Source: Octopus vulgaris
Lineage: Eukaryota
Length of the DNA stretch: 64,000 nt
Direction of reading: 5' to 3'
NCBI GenBank assembly: GCA_951406725.2
Contig: OX597833.1
Location: forward strand, 40,052,001-40,116,000
Part shown: positions 39,197 through 53,431 of the stretch, one piece after another
Layout: every line of letters begins with the position of its first letter
How positions within the stretch are numbered: position 1 is the stretch's first letter
Position numbers and translations under genes: made by a program
Notes under the pieces: model-generated
What the model was told of the DNA's origin: nothing
Database searches by the model: none
Seen by the model: only the letters and a program-made list of their open reading frames with translations

Positions 39197-39730
39197 CTAG
39201 TGACTGCCCAGCCTTTGCCCTGATCTTTATTGTACTCAAATGCATTCATAAGGCATTTATTGCAAAGTCCATGCGTTACATCATAGTTAAAGGCTGCTAG
39301 TCACCATTCATCATGAGGAAAAGAACTATATTCCAACCTGACTTGTCATTGCTCTGATGTTTCCTGTAATTTAGAGCAGGCATTTCTGGTTGCATTACTT
39401 TGAAGTTGTTTTGTTAACACCTATTCTCTTAAGCAGGCTTTTCTATCGATTTGAGACTCCAAACTCCATCATTTCTACTATGTCTTATGTTCCCTCAAGT
39501 GAGCATGTATATCAGCTTAAGACTCCAATCTCTGTCATTTCTGCTCTGGTGTCTCTTATTCCCTTTAGCCGGCTTGCCTGGTTGTTTCAAACTGAATTTA
39601 TACTTTTTGTTACCATTATGTCTCTACAGCTTCTCATTGTCTCTGAGATTGGAGCCTGTCCTGTCATTCTTCTTGTGTTTCACTGGCCCTTTGACTTCTG
39701 GAACATCAGGCTTTCAGATAACTGAAAGGT
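39197..39730 (-). mobile_element. Helitron relic: 3' hairpin plus CTAG and degraded STPR-like N-terminal repeats
   Basis: Minus 3' end reads CAGGGCAAAGGCTGGGCAGTCACTAG|T. Minus translation gives RSQRASETQEE*QDRLQSQRQ and QETSEQ*QVRLE. Confidence 0.5.
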
Positions 39731-40010
39731 AATATGTTGTCTTCTATGCATTATGTTCGATGTTCCAAAGAAAAATATCTAAAACATCAAAAATAAATCC
39801 CACAACATTCCATTCATGTTTTTGTTGCCTTTAAATTCAGTTATGTGGCTTTATTTCATCCAAATACCAAGCTTCATAAAATCTGCCCAATATAACAATT
39901 ATAACTTTCATAAGTATCACCAAACTTCACTTCACAAAACAATAATACAATTGCTTTGAATCATATTACATGTAACACAGGGAGTGTTCAAATTATATAT
40001 ACATACATAC

Positions 40011-40070
<60 letters not shown>

Positions 40071-40143
40071 ACATAAATATATATATACATACATATATTA
40101 TATATATATATATATATATACATGCATACATACATATATTATA

Positions 40144-40181
<38 letters not shown>

Positions 40182-40183
<2 letters not shown>

Positions 40184-40565
40184 CGTAGGAGTGGCTGTGT
40201 GGTAAGTAGCTTGCTTACCAAGTGCATGGTTCTGGGTTCACTCCCACTGTGTGACATCTTGGGCAAGTGTCTACTGCTATAGCCTCAGGCCAACGAAAGC
40301 CTTGTGAGTGGATTTGGTAGACGGAGACTGAAAGAAGCCTGTCATATATATGTATATATATATATGTATGTGTGTGTATATGTTTGTCCCCCGCCCCCAA
40401 CATCGCTTGACAACCAATGGTGGTGTGTTTATGTTCCTGTAGCATTGCAGTTCAGTAAAAGGGACCAATAGAATAAGTACTAGGCTTACAAAGAATAAGT
40501 CCTGGCTCGACTAAAGGCAGTGCTCCACCATGGTCACACTCAAATGACTGAAACAAATTAAAGAA
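40182..40565 (+). mobile_element. Full-length SINE family A copy
   Basis: GGCGTAGGAGTGGCTGTGTGGTAAG head through CAAATGACTGAAAC. Confidence 0.85.
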
Positions 40566-40605
40566 AATCAAATATATATATATATATATATAAATACATA
40601 CATTC

Positions 40606-40651
<46 letters not shown>

Positions 40652-40689
40652 CATATACATATGTACATACATACAAATATAAAGTGTTA

Positions 40690-41925
40690 TAAACTAGTAG
40701 GTTAAATGCAGCCAATTGCCTTCCGCTGTGTTTCTTTGTGCCTCTGTGTCTCTTCCTGCTGCTGTTGTTGTTGTTGTTGTCTCTCTCCTCTCCGAGTTTC
40801 CATGGCGAACATTCGCTCATCGATCGGGCCTGGTCAATCGTCATCGCTCGACTTGTTGGGATCCCGAGTTCGAGTTTGAGCGACGGCAGGTGGGATTCCG
40901 TAACAGCTTTCGCGGGGGTCCCGTAACAATATTAAAAGTCTTGGGATGTTTGTGTGTAACTGAAATATCTCAGAAATAGTACACTTTATTTTAATTTCTT
41001 TTACATATTTATTTTCATACTTACCTTCGGCAGTGCAATACAAATTTTTGTGACATTTGAACCTCTATTTGAATGATTAAACACAATTTTTGTTATTTCT
41101 TGACAAAAAAATACATGGCTTCCATGATGTCAACACGCACACACACATACAGAATACACACACATATAATGTCATGGCTTGTCAATCAACACAAACACAC
41201 ATCCGCTATCTCTGACATATACACACACATAGTCTTCGCACTCGCTGAGAAAGAAAAACGTCGACTTTTTGATGTACACAATATTTTAAGCATTTAGAAA
41301 TATCTTTAACTGAATGTGATTTCATCATCCAGAGTTTGCTAATTTCCGTAAAAAAATTTTATTTATTTACTTTTGTTTTAAAGTGGAAGATGTATGTACG
41401 TGTATATAAAATGGATGTGTGTGAGAGAGAGAGAGAAAGAAAGAAAGAGAGAGAGTGAGTGAAGGAGTGTGTTGTTATGTATACGTAAATACATCAATAC
41501 ATATGCATACATCTTTTTTGTATGTGCAAGTGCATGTGTGTATGTGAAAGAGAGAGAGTATGAGTGAGTGAACGTGTGTGTTCTCATGTATGTGTAAGTG
41601 GCACACTCTTTCTCTCTCTCACAGACACTCATACACTCTCTCTCTCTCACACATACACACGTCCATTTCATATACACATTCATACATCTTTCACTTTCTC
41701 CTCTCTTTCACTTCAAAACAAAAGTAACAGGTGATTTTCAGGATAAAAATTGTTAAAAAATAGCTTCTACTCATGTAAATTGGTTACTATTGTTTGGATA
41801 GTTCTAATTAAATAAGTCCAGAAGTTAAATATATATATATGCATACGTACCATAAATTCCCATTCTACAAAATGGCAAACAATTCCATGAATACTTTACC
41901 GGTCAACGCAAGATAGTAAGTCTAG
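40690..41925 (+). mobile_element. Probable non-autonomous Helitron (CpG-richer segment, microsatellite body, 3' CTAG)
   Basis: Degenerate 3' hairpin ACCGGTCAACGCAAGATAG followed by TAAGTCTAG|T at about 41898-41925. The body is homologous to 1460-1800. Confidence 0.4.
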
Positions 41926-42387
41926 TATATATATTTAAATGTAAAGACTTAGTGTTGACAAAGGCTGCATGGCATTCAATTATTATGTAAAAATAAAAAA
42001 AATACATATTAAGTACAGGACATCACCAATGAGTGAAAAATAAACACACAATGTGAGACATGTAAAGGACAAAATGGCAAAAGAAGTCTAACTCCTCAGT
42101 CGTCGACTGTTAATTACTACCTGTTTTGTGCTTTTAACGACAAGACAGGACAACTTCATAAGATAGCAGCATCCAGAAATTTAAAAGATATAAAATTTGT
42201 GGGAAGATGGAAGATATGAGAATCTTTATTGATCACTACAACTGTTTCAACCCATCTTCCATCTCTCTCTTTAATCAAATACCCAACAAACAGTGAGCCA
42301 GTAAATGTGCTTTACCAGCAAACTACCAGGTGTATACCATATGATCTATAAACTAATGTATATATATATATATATTTATACACACAC

Positions 42388-42492
<105 letters not shown>

Positions 42493-42504
42493 AAATTTTT
42501 TAAA

Positions 42505-42620
42505 AAAGAGCACAGTTGGAGTTACAATAAGCACAGAAAATGTACAAACAATAGACTCCCTCAAATTCTTGGAGGGATCATTAGAAGTTGAAAATAGCTT
42601 CTGTTACCTAGGAGACCAAT
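42505..42620 (+). mobile_element. RTE RT fragment
   Basis: ISTENVQTIDSLKFLEGSLEVENSFCYLGDQ aligns with LTSENLQKITSVTFQGEKLEVVDSFRYLGDQ in ORF 15940. Confidence 0.7.
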
Positions 42621-42779
42621 TTGAACAAATTGAACAAATCTGTCTAATTGCTTAAAACCTGGCCCTGATAGAAGATCCATGTTGCAAAAAAACAACAGTT
42701 AGGACTCTTTTGATTCCCATTTCACTTTGGTGGACCCCCATAGCGTTTCAATGTTTAAAAATTAGTTTTAATATAATAA

Positions 42780-43160
42780 TATAATAATGAAATTGTTGTA
42801 TACAGTGCTCACGTGCACCACAACTTGTCAAAAATGCATATAAAGCATATGCAGTAACATACAAATGTTTGGGAAGTGAACAGTGTATGAGTCAGATACA
42901 TGCTTGCATGTGTATGGAGGGAAGAAAATCAGGTGTAGTGTTGGCAAATCTCAGGAAGCATGGAAGTTTTGAAGGATGCACCACTCCGACAACTAACAAC
43001 TGATGCTGGCAGTCTGTTCCATACTTCAGCAACTCTTAGCGTGAAAAAATGTTTCCGAAAATCATGGGAGCTGAGCTGTTTTCTGATTTTGTAAACATGT
43101 CCACAGGTGTTAGACAGGTGGAGTTTGAAAAGGTGCTCAGAGTTATTGTTTTATGGACAC
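42780..43160 (-). mobile_element. 3' end of a CR1-like LINE
   Basis: Minus translation GHVYKIRKQLSSHDFRKHFFTLRVAEVWNRLPASVVSCRSGASFK is the typical CR1 C-terminus. It ends in an (ATT)-rich tail. Confidence 0.75.
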
Positions 43161-43592
43161 TTCTTTTGAAATTCTTACTTTGTTTTCTACACATTCACGT
43201 ATGTAGGTTTGCAATAGAACTCACTGAGAGAACATGATTCAGTTGCTAATCAAGTCAGTGACCTTTCAGCGTTTGTGGCTTTTTTCACAAATCACACTAT
43301 GCTATATGGTCAGGACATTACATAATAATTGCAATATGGCTTGGGCATACAAGTGCTTTCTTCAGAATCATCTAGGTATGCTTCACTAAAATGTTTCAGT
43401 GTGGTGCACCAACATAACACAGTGCAATGAAGAACATAAGTCGAGGAATCTGTGTAAATATAAATGTGTGTGTGCATCTGCATTCGATTATATGTGTACA
43501 TACACACATACATATATACATACATATATATATATATATGTGTGTGTGTGTGTACACATCCATGCACACTCACACACACACATATATATATA

Positions 43593-43636
<44 letters not shown>

Positions 43637-43932
43637 AATACAGAGGTATATATACATATTGTAGTGATCAATAAATATTCTTGTTTCTTCCATTTTCTGC
43701 GTCTCTCATTAATCAAATGTGTGTGTGTGTGCTTAAATGTATATATATCAATATGTATGTTTATATATGTATGTCTAGCTGCATATATGTATATATATAT
43801 ATATATATATATGCAGACACACACATATAAATAGAGAGTTCATCCTATATATATATATGGATATATGTATGTATGAATATATGCACATCTATATATCTGT
43901 ATATGCATATTATATAAGTATATTTATGTATA

Positions 43933-44010
<78 letters not shown>

Positions 44011-44405
44011 TATACATACATATACATATGTATGTATGTATATATAATATATATATATATATGTATATATGTGTGTGTATGTGTGTATGGATATATTGAC
44101 ACACACACAAACATACACAAACATATACACACATATACACCTTGTTGGCTATTTGGTTTATTTATCATTGCCACCCCACTTTCTTCTTGCTTTCATATAT
44201 CAAATACCCTATTTTATACCATCCATGTATCCTGTTCCTTTCTCTCTGTTGTCAGAAGGTATATTTCATCTGATGCAGTTTATAGATGTAAACTAATTGG
44301 GTCACTGATGGCTACAAAGAACTTTGACTCTTTGAAGGGTAGATGCTGCAAGTATGATGGTTCTATGTGTGTGTGATGGGGTGTATGCATGTATATGCAC
44401 TTATG

Positions 44406-44494
<89 letters not shown>

Positions 44495-44828
44495 AGCAGA
44501 GAGAGAGAAGCAGAGAGAGAGAGAGAAGCAGAGAGAGAGAGAGAAGCAGAGAGAGAGAGAAAGAAGCAGAGAGAGAGAGAGAAGCAGAGAGAGAGAGAAG
44601 TAGAGCGAGAGAGAAGTAGAGCGAGAGAGAAGTAGAGAGAGGGAGAAATAGAGATAGGGAGAGAGAGAGAAGTAGACACAGGAACATGTATGCATGTCTA
44701 TGTGTCTATATAATACATACATACGTAAATACACACACATACATACATACATACATACACCATCATCATTTAACATCCACCTTCCATGCTGGCACATACA
44801 TAGACACATACATATATACATACACACG

Positions 44829-44901
<73 letters not shown>

Positions 44902-45580
44902 ATGTATATATATATGTATATGTATATATATATGCGTGTATGTATTTATCTATATATGTATGTTTATGAGTATGTATGTATGTATGTATGTATGTATGTA
45001 TGTATGTATGTATGTATGTATGTATGTATGTATGTATGCATGCATGTATGTATGTCTGTATGTGTGTACATGAGTATTTGTATGTATGCAGGCATGTATG
45101 TATATATGTATATATGTATATATGTTTTTGTACACATTTATACATGCCTAATTGAATTTTTCCATTTATTCCCTACTGAATGTCTACAAGTTTAACAAGG
45201 TCATTCTGATGCTTAACAGAAATAATATAAAAGATGTAAAGATGGGAAACAGCAGCAGAAATATAAAAATTAATGTCTGATGAATCATTTCTTATGGCTA
45301 ATGAAGGACAACATTCAAGTATGGCCATACTTGAAGACTTATTTTCAATAGAATCAAAATTTCCATTAAGAAGAGATCTAAATGAGCGAAAAATTTCACT
45401 GAAAGCAATTTAATAATTCATATCTGTATTTATTATGTATATTTGTCCTTCCAGCCCTTCCTTCCTGACTGAGTCATTTCATATACAAATAATGAAGAAT
45501 GTAGTGCTTATGGAAATAGAAGAAAATACAAGAGACATATATAAACACACACACACACACAGACACACACACACACACAC

Positions 45581-45647
<67 letters not shown>

Positions 45648-45846
45648 TATATAGATATAGATATCACATTATATATTATATGTAAGTATATATATATACA
45701 TATGATATATATATGTACACACACACATATATATATACATAATATAAACGCATACACATATGTATGTGTGTGTATGTGTTCTTTTATTTTTTTGTTTCAG
45801 TGAATGAGCTGTGGCCATGCTGGATTCACCATATATACATTATATA

Positions 45847-45882
<36 letters not shown>

Positions 45883-45926
45883 TGTGTGTATGTATGTATG
45901 TATGTATGTATGTATGTATATGTATA

Positions 45927-45977
<51 letters not shown>

Positions 45978-45982
45978 GTATG

Positions 45983-46016
<34 letters not shown>

Positions 46017-46364
46017 TTATTACTGCCTGAATAGAGGATCGCTCAACTTAGTTGAGGACATGGTAACTTTTGTTCAGTTGCAGTCACCATAAAGTACTTT
46101 GTGCCCAATATACTCTATAAGTATGTTGGAACTAAACTAAAAATTTAAAACATTAGCATGATGTGGACCTCCAGTCTGTCTACAAAAGCAATATCTCCAG
46201 ACAGGATCTTAGTCAGGCAGTAATGAACTATCCAGCCCATTCCTGCTAGAAAGCAGATATAAAATGATGATGATGATAGTATGTGTAAAGATATAGAATC
46301 TTGCACATTCACATACACATACGCTTATACATGTAAGTGTGTTTATACATGAGTATGTGTATGC

Positions 46365-46410
<46 letters not shown>

Positions 46411-47068
46411 TTATTTATTTATATATATACATATATATATATATATACATTTATACATATATATGTTTGTGTATGCGAGTGTATGCATGTATGTATGGAT
46501 GGATGGATAGATGTACAAGGCATGTATCTATGTGTGCATGTATCTTCATTCGTTTTGTTATCCCATACTAGTATGAGTTACATGAATGAATTATTGAAGA
46601 AGTGTCTTACAGCTGGATGCTTTTCCTGGCCCTAACCCTTGACTTTTCAAAGATATAAAGCCAATGGAATGGATAATATATTGAGTAAAGAAATGACACT
46701 AGCATCACCATTCATAGATCAGCAATTTATAGAGAAGCACAACACACACTTTATATACATCACATGATCACATTATTGGCCAGACTATCAGATGTTGTTA
46801 TACATCGCTGGTCACAATGCACTTTGCATTGTTTTAGCTTTTGAATGACACCACCCCACTTGTTCAGTAAGCAGGCAAACATTCCTCCCTAATCAGGAGG
46901 ATATTTCAATGCAGGGTTACTCTTTTACAGCTGAGTGGACTGGAGCAATGTCAAATGAAGTGTTTTGCACAAGAACACCACACATGCTCAGTCGGGGAAC
47001 CACACCCACAATCATTAGATCATGAATGAAACACTCTAACCACTAGGCCATGCACCTATATATACATA

Positions 47069-47442
47069 TTATTACCTCTCACTTAGCGAAGGCAGAGGTA
47101 TTGTTTTCAGTTGTGTTTGTTTGTTTGTCTGTGGACAAGATATCTCAAGAAGCACTGGATGGATTTGAATGAAACTTTCAGAGATGTTTGGCCTCATGAC
47201 TAGCACAAACTGATTAGAATTTGGGATCGATCCAGTACCGAACAAGGGTTCTGGATTATTTAACCAGTTTTTTTTTTACTTAATTTTTGAGAGTGGTCAG
47301 GTTCATTTTTAGTATTCTCGTTTGTGGGAGCAGTCAAGTTTATTTCAGATATTCCCATTTCAAAAATCATCTCTGGCTAATCGTTGAGAAGGCATTGATG
47401 TTTACTTGCCAGAGGTTTGCACTCGCTGAGTGCTCTTATTGT
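47069..47442 (+). mobile_element. HINE/DINE-1-like non-autonomous Helentron
   Basis: 5' TTATTACCTC..TTAGCGAAGGCAGAGGTA hairpin, (GTTT)n/GTCT microsatellite, 3' subterminal repeat CCAGAGGT and stem-loop GCACTCGCTGAGTGC. Confidence 0.7.
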
Positions 47443-47657
47443 TCTTATTTTTATCTTATATCCATTGACTGGAAATCTATTGTCACACATCAGTGACCTC
47501 TTCAGTGACTCTTCCATCCACGTGTTCCTCCTGTTCTATCTATCTAGTCCATTTTGTCTCAACTATAGCCAAGGACAGACTAAGATCTTCTTAGATGATA
47601 TTATATATATAAATACACACACACAATCACACACACATACACACACACATATATATT

Positions 47658-47707
<50 letters not shown>

Positions 47708-47812
47708 TTGATAGAAATGGCAAGACAACAAATGAATGAAAGAAACCTTGATATTACATAAATAGAGGAATTTATCTGTAAATATAATATGTGACAATTA
47801 TTCAGTAGCTAT

Positions 47813-47873
47813 GGTAAAACTCCAAGTTTCAGATGTTGGGGCGGAAAACCATGCTGGCATCTCTTCAGTTATC
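47813..47873 (-). ncRNA. Type-I hammerhead ribozyme fold (left arm of an inverted pair)
   Basis: Minus strand reads GATAA CTGAAGA GATG..CATC T GAA ACTT G GAGT T TTACC. Confidence 0.65.
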
Positions 47874-47909
47874 AGGCCATCATTTTCATAGCATTTTTTT
47901 CGATGGCCC

Positions 47910-47970
47910 GATAACTGAAGAGATGCCAGTGTGGGCTTCTGCCCCGACATCCAAAACTCAGAGTTTTATC
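47910..47970 (+). ncRNA. Type-I hammerhead ribozyme fold (right arm of an inverted pair) with G12>A decay
   Basis: GATAA CTGAAGA GATG..CATC C AAA ACTC A GAGT T TTATC. Stem I is GATAA/TTATC. Confidence 0.6.
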
Positions 47971-48871
47971 ATGGCTATCAAATAATTGTCACATATCATA
48001 TATATATATATATATTATATCAAGTAAGAAGATTTTAGTCTGCCTGTAGCTATAGTAGAAAGTACCTAACTGGAGTGGCAAAGTTAAACTAAATCTAAAA
48101 ATCACATTGTCAGAAATTCTCAAACACAGCCTTGGCTGCAACTATACATTCATATACACACACTCACACTTCTGTGTGTGTGTGCGTGTGTGTGTGTGTG
48201 TGTGCATGTGTGCATGTGTGTGTGTCTGTGCATGTGTTTGTGTGTGTGTGTGTGCATGTGTTTGTGTGTGTGTGTGTGACTGTGTTTGTATGTGTGTGTG
48301 TACATGCATGTGTGCATGAATGGATATGTATGTATCTCACTATTTATATAGAAATGTCTACATGCACACACATACACACACCAACACACATGCATGCACA
48401 CATGGTTTGGGTGTTTGTCTTGATCTGACAATAGCATGTGATGGATGGACCTAGAGAGAAACACAGCTCTCATAATATAGATTAGTGATAAGAATATATT
48501 ATGTACTCCAGTAAAACCCTCCTCAGTATACACCTTTGAATGAGGGTAATTTTTATCAGATTATTTTCCAGTTGGTGAAATTTCTCAATACTGAATTGTT
48601 CACAGGTTTTTGCATCTATAATGCAGTACAATATCATTTGTTTAGTCACAAAAGTATTTGAAAAGGAAGTTCTATTGAAAATTTGGTTTTAGATTGCCAT
48701 ACAAAAGTATATATGTGTTGCAGTGAAGAAAACACAGACACTTCAATGTGGCCATTCACTTGGCCATCTTGAAGTAATAACCAAGTTTCCTTCAAATCTG
48801 CCGGAAAGACACACTGTAATGATAAAAACAGAACCTTGGTCAGGAATGTTATTTGCAGAGAAGTCATTTAA

Positions 48872-49514
48872 CCCTTTTGTTATCATATTTCTGTTGAGAT
48901 GCTCTTACTCTTTTACTCTTTTACTTGTTTCAGTCATTTGACTGCAGCCATGCTGGAACACCGCCTTTAGTCGAGCATATCGACCCCAGGACTTATTCTT
49001 TGTAAGCCCAGTACTTATTCTATCGATCTCTTTTTGCCGAACCGCTAAGTTACAGGGACGTAAACACACCAGCATCGTTTGTCAAGCTATGGTGGGGTGA
49101 CAAACACAGACACACAAACATATACACACACGTACATATATATATAAATATACATATATATGACGGGCTTCTTTCAGTTTCTGTCTACCAAATCCACTCA
49201 CAAGGCATTGGTCGGCCTGAGGCTATAGCAGAAGACACTTGCCCAAGATGCCACGCAGTGGGACTGAACCCAGAACCATGTGGTTGGTAAGCAAGCTACT
49301 TACCACACAGCCACTCCTGCACCTATGCTCTGTGTTTCTTTCGATTAATTTTAGATATAACAAAGAATTTAGTGAAATGACTTAGTTATCATTGAGCATT
49401 AGGAACATAAATTATAATTAAGGTTTGAGGAAGATTTTAATTCAGAACTTATGAAAATAAGATATTTGTACTACAGGACCAGAGGCAGTTTCTACCGGAT
49501 TGGTATTGAAAGGG
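48872..49514. mobile_element. Second piggyBac-like MITE copy (inverted) with a nested SINE-A at 48906-49324
   Basis: TTAA|CCCTTTTGTTA...GAAAGGG|TTAA. The SINE is flanked by the target duplication ATGCTCT (48899-48905 and 49325-49331). Confidence 0.85.
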
Positions 49515-49547
49515 TTAAGTAAATGGAAACATTGTACAATGTATATA

Positions 49548-50448
49548 CTGTGAAATGGGGTTACTTTGAACAGTTTTAGACTTCTTATTTCAATAATTTC
49601 TTAACCTTCTTTGCAATCTTAACTAAATTTAACTATGTTAGGGGGACTAAATAGGTAAACTGATATATGAAATAAAAATAAGTTGCAGTTAATATTTGAT
49701 TAGTTTTTAAATTTTATTTGTCACTGTTCAAAGTAATCCCTGATCTGGGATTACTTTAAACAGTAATGTTTTTTTTTATTTATGTTCAAAAGTTGAATAT
49801 GTTATTTGGAGGGATAAGTTTTCCATCAACTGTAAGAGTCACTTTTAAGTACTGGAAGTATGAGGATATTTCTGTATCACTTAAACATGCTCTGGATCTT
49901 TTGATATTTTGGCACAGGCGTGATACTAATTGGGATTTGTTTCACTTTCATCGTCATCATCATCATCGTCATTTAATGTCCGCTTTCCATGTTAGCATGG
50001 GTTGGACGATTTGACTGAGGACTGGTGAACCAGACGGCTGCACCAGGCTCCAATCTTGATTTGGCAGAGTTTCTACAGCTGGATGCCCTTCCTAACGCCA
50101 AACACTCTGAGAGTGTAGTGGGTGCTTTTACGTGCCACCGGCATGAGGGCCAGTCAGGCGGTACTGGCAGTGGTCACTGAAAATCGTGTTTTTTTTTACG
50201 TGTCACCTGCACACCGGCACAAGTGCCAGTAAGGCGACGCTGGTAACGATCACACTCAAATGGTGGTTTTTAAGTGCCACCGGCATGAATGCCAGTTAGC
50301 TGCTCTGGCAATGAATCAGCCCATTCAGCTGAAGGAAAATTGTTTTTTAAATTGCATTCCTGTGTGACCTTCAACTGTGATATAAAGAGGAAACAAAATA
50401 TATTTTAATCAAAGTTACCCCAGCATTCAAAATAACTCTATTTCACAG
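49548..50448. mobile_element. TA-target non-autonomous DNA transposon with a nested RTE 3'UTR copy (49948-50313, minus)
   Basis: TA|CTGTGAAATGGGGTTACTTTGAA...TTCAAAATAACTCTATTTCACAG|TA, with internal repeats of the GGGTTACTTTGAA motif. Confidence 0.7.
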
Positions 50449-51799
50449 TACTGGGTTGGCAGAATATGAATTAAAATATCACAATTTACATTTTTAGTTA
50501 ACAATATTAAAAGATATTGCTATGCTTGGGGATGATCATTTTTTGCCACTTAAACACACATACTGTTTATTTGATCCTCCCTTTAGTTTTATTCATATTA
50601 CTTTTAGTTTTATTGAGAAAACCACTACACAGAATTGAGATCCTAAAACCAAGGTGCCATATAAAATGCATTGGTATGAGTGCTGGTGTCATGCAAAAAG
50701 CACTGGTACTGGTGCCATATAAGAAGCACCCAGTACACTCAGTAGAGTGGTTGGCATTAGGAAGGGCGTCCAGCTGTAGAAACCAAGCCAAACAGACTAT
50801 GGAACCTGGTGTGACCCATGGCCTTGCCAATTCCTGTCAAGCCATCCAACCCATGCCAGCATGAAAATCAGACATTAAATGTTGATGATGATGATGAAGA
50901 TGATGGTGGTGGTGGTGGTGGTGGTGGTGGTGGTGGTGGTGGTGGTGATGATGGTGACATCTGTCAAAGTTCTTTCATCAAACATTCTGTCTCTTCTTCA
51001 ATGATTTTTCTGTCCTATGTGCCTCCCCCTGGCCTGCTTATTCCATTCTGTCTCTGTGCTATGTTATCTCTATCTGCACATGCATTTGTGAGTGTGTGTG
51101 TGTGTGTGTGTGTGTGCATGCATGCGTGTGTATGTGTGTGTACGTGCTTGTGTGTGTGTATGTCTATGTGTTTAGTATGTGTGTCCAATGTGCGTGTATA
51201 CAGGGTTTATATATTATATTGTTTGTACCCATGTTCTTTTATTTATTTGCCTATTTATCTATTTATTGTTTTCTCTTTATCATTTAGTCATTAGTATGTG
51301 AACACGTGTGTGTGTGTGTGTGTGTGTGTATAGGGGTTGTATATTACACTGCAAGTATCCGTGTCATTTATTTACTTTTTCTGTTTTTAGTCATTGGGTT
51401 GCATAGTGTAGCGGAGTGATGGAGGGAGTGCTATGCTCCAGTCACGTTTTTCTGTTGGGGCTCGTTTATCTTCTATTGTATGTGTGTCCTCCATAATCTG
51501 TCTGAGTGTCCTTCTGTTAATTAAACCTCCACTTAGAAAGACAACTTAAATCTTTATAACCGACCCAATTAAAAATCACCAAATATAATATCTATGTTTC
51601 TAAAACTAAAAGAAGAAATAAAGTTAATGACTTCTTAATTCTTTCAAAGACTCTTGGTAATTTAAAATAAGTATATTCATATTGAAGGTACCATTTTAAA
51701 TGGATGATTTAAATTACAAATTTTACTGTCTTCCCGTCAGCAAAGTGACATAGTTTTTAGTTCAGCTGAGTGTCTAAAGGACAGGTCCATCTGTAATAA

Positions 51800-52060
51800 T
51801 CAATAAAAATCCACAGTATTGAAGTGAGTTGACCTTGCTCTGCTAATATCATAGCTGTCATTAAACCATGAGATGACTTCACTGGTGTTGCTCCATAGAG
51901 GAAAGTGAGAGGATCTCTTTATTTCATCATTAATCCTCCTTAGTAGATGTTTGCTGACTGAATCAATCTCTGATTTAATGGGTTTTGTCAAACTACTTTT
52001 GGAGTTGATGGTAAAGTTCAGCATGTAATCATTAATCATAATATTTTTCTTCCCTAAAGT
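51800..52060 (-). mobile_element. Degenerate Penelope-like element reverse transcriptase fragment
   Basis: KPIKSEIDSVSKHLLRRINDEIKRSSHFPLWSNTSEVISWFN...FNTVDFY matches the NPAKSEIG.ISK.IL..IN..I....QW.NT..VI.WF...FDI.DFYPS pattern. Confidence 0.65.
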
Positions 52061-52093
52061 TTCTGTCCTGTATGTATGAGTGCATGTACATAC

Positions 52094-52124
<31 letters not shown>

Positions 52125-52286
52125 TGTATGTATGTATGTATGTATGTATGTATAAGTATGTATATATGTGTGTATATGTGTGTGTGCAAGTGTGTATGTG
52201 TATATACACACGCACATATATATATATCATTGTCATTATCATGTATTACTTGTCCTCCTTACTGGTATACTTGAATATATATATAT

Positions 52287-52317
<31 letters not shown>

Positions 52318-52326
52318 AATATATAT

Positions 52327-52357
<31 letters not shown>

Positions 52358-53011
52358 TATGTATATATGTGTATGTTTGTATACATGTGTATGTATATAT
52401 ATATATATATGGAGCAAAACAGCTTGATTCAAATTCGTTGGTACTCTTGAGTTTCAAGTGTGATGCTAGTCATAAGCCATTTTGAATTTGAATGACAGAA
52501 GTTGGTTGTTATTACCATAAGGTGGGCTGTGATTGATTGAGGAAGGTTATGCAGTGTTGTGGTTTGATGTTGGTATATGGGTAACAGTTTGTTGGAAAAT
52601 ACTACATGGTGAACAAGAAATTGACCACGCGGAGGACAGGAAATAGACCACGTGGGGGTTAGGAAATCAGTCAGGTTGATGGGGTGGAGAAGTAGGAAGG
52701 GGCAACATGTGCAAATATATATTTCTATATGTGGAAGTGTAGATATGCTCATACGGTTTTGTATGCATGTGTGTATTGATGCGAGTGTGCATACACTTGG
52801 TGTGCATGCATACGCTTGGACAAACACACATGCACACACACATACACGTGCATACACACTTTTATATATAAATAACAAACAATGAATAAATGTCATTTCA
52901 TTACAGTTGTTTCTAATGAATTCTCTTAAAAATTCTTAATATTGTATATATCTATGGAAATATATATATGTATATATATACATATATATATATACATACA
53001 TATATATATAA

Positions 53012-53050
<39 letters not shown>

Positions 53051-53053
<3 letters not shown>

Positions 53054-53371
53054 GGTGTGTCAGTTTTATAGGTCAGTTCTATGAATTTACCAAAAAATGC
53101 TTAGCTCATCAAAGAAAAGCTGAATTTGGAAATAAATTGGCATGAATAATCTTAAGAATCCTTTTATCACACCTATTCAGTGAATCTACTATTAGCATAA
53201 ATGGTTGCATCAATACAGAGTCAAAAGCATTGACATGCCTGAATCAGATGTTCTTTATCAGTTTTGTACATAGTTCTGTTTATGGCAGACTTGAGAGATT
53301 GTATGGTGTTATGGGGGTGTTGATCTCTCTCTCTCCCTCTCTCTCTCTCTTTTTCTCTCTCTCTCTCTTTT

Positions 53372-53431
<60 letters not shown>

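Noticed and set aside
40716-40979. CpG-richer ORFs suggesting a first exon
   Set aside because: There is no protein motif or convincing splice context, and the segment adjoins Helitron-like repeat sequence.
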